Source: the human T2T-CHM13v2.0 reference genome, Homo sapiens
Direction: 5' to 3' (one strand)
NCBI RefSeq assembly: GCF_009914755.1
Contig: NC_060928.1
Length of the DNA stretch: 64,000 bases
This document shows positions 62,850-64,000 of this stretch, in pieces. A model generated the notes under the pieces. The model did not search any database and was not told the origin of the DNA. It saw nothing but the letters and a program-made list of their open reading frames with translations. The position numbers and the translations under genes were made by a program. Positions within the stretch are counted from its first letter, which is position 1, and each line of letters opens with the position of its first letter.

Positions 62850-64000
62850 AAGTGAAAACTCGCCAGCTTTCTAACCCTATAATTTAGCTTTGTCATTTCT
62901 AGAGTTTCATATAAATGAAATCTAGAGTATAAGCTTTTATAGTTGTCTCTCACCCAGCATAATGTTTTCAGACAGGCATTCTTGTTTGGGGAATGTATCA
63001 GTCTGTTATGGCATTGCTATAAAGAACTACTTGAGACTAGGTAGTTTATGAAGAAAAGAGGTTTAATTGATTCATAGTCCCACAGGCTATACAGAAAGCA
63101 GGGCTGGGGAGGCCTCAGGAGACTTAAAATTTCAGCGGAAGGCAAAGAGGAAGCAGGCACATCTTCACATGGTGGAACGAGAGAGAGAGCAAAGGGGGAA
63201 GTGCTATATGCTTTTAAACAACCAGTCTTGTGAGAACTCTCTCACTATCATGAGAACAGCAAGGGAACGTCTGCCCTCATTAACCAATCACCTCTCACCA
63301 CGCCCCTTTTCCAACACTGGGGATTAAAATTCAACCTGAGATTTGGGTGGGGATACAGAGCCGAAACATCTTAGGGATGTATCAGTAGTTACTCCCTTAT
63401 TGGTTATTGGATGGTATTTCATTCTATAAAATACCACAATTGTTTATTCATTTATCTAATAATGGACATTTGATTTGAATCCAAATGTGGCTATCATAAA
63501 TAAATTTGTGATGAATATGCATATATAAGGCTCTGTATGGATATATGTTTTAATTTATCTTGAGTAAGTACTTAAGAGGGAAATTCTGGGGCACCACAAC
63601 AGATATGCATCAAAAAGTATGAAACTATCTCCCAAAATGTTAACTGCATCAAAAAGTCTCAAACTATTTCCCAAAATGTTTGTAGTTTTTACATTATGTC
63701 AAGCAATATGTGGAGTTTCCACTGTCTCCAAACCTTGCAAGCATTCAGTTTTGGTGGTCATTTTAATTTTAAATATTCTAGTGGGTATGTGTGGTGTGTC
63801 GTTGTGGTTTTCATTTACAATTCTTTGACAACAATGGTGTTGTGAATCCTTGCATGTGCACATTGGCAATTCATTTTATTTTTGAAGATTTAAGTTATAA
63901 AAAATTTTTAAACCATTTTGCCTTTTCATTGTTGAGTTCCAAGAATTTACTATAATTTGATTAATTAGTCCTCTATCATGTGTACAAATTGTAAATATAT
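62850..64000 (-). mobile_element. L1MB/L1MC 3' region, interrupted by MST
   Basis: TCTAGAGTTTCATATAAATGAAATC, GTATCAGTAGTT, ATACCACAATTGTTTATTCA, ATGGACATTTG, TTCTAGTGGGTATGTG; runs off the window end. Confidence 0.85.
62994..63373 (-). mobile_element. MSTA/MSTB-like MaLR solo LTR
   Basis: TGTATCAGTCTGTT..GCATTGCTATAAAG ... GGGGAGGCCTCAGGA ... GAGATTTGGGTGGGGATACAG; 5-bp TSD GGGAA/GGGAT. Confidence 0.9.

Noticed and set aside
1-64000. A novel prokaryote-style system (operon, CRISPR array, defence island)
   Set aside because: The sequence is primate repeat-rich non-coding DNA with no gene-dense ORFs. Direct repeats occur as isolated pairs or triplets, not repeat-spacer arrays.

Overview
This is AT-rich, CpG-poor, repeat-dense primate genomic DNA, most likely human given AluY, L1PA, THE1 and a CpG-retaining 968-bp LTR5_Hs-type HERV-K(HML-2) solo LTR with a perfect 6-bp TSD. 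It looks like gene desert or deep intron. I cannot support any protein-coding exon, tRNA, rRNA or CRISPR array: the supplied ORFs are chance frames or decayed L1/LTR fragments. The window is a layered transposon record. It holds ancient MIR/L2/L1M, MaLR solo LTRs (MLT1, MST), a complete two-LTR THE1, Tigger3 with a nested MER2B, MADE1, MER91A, MER5, an ERV1 solo LTR, AluJ, AluY and several L1PA copies, one of them twin-primed with an inversion. I found no evidence for a novel biological system. The best follow-ups are the young HERV-K LTR, several templated local or dispersed duplications (one carrying a perfect palindrome), and a few unexplained non-repeat blocks. Subfamily names come from remembered consensus sequences, not a RepeatMasker run, and boundaries of old elements are approximate.
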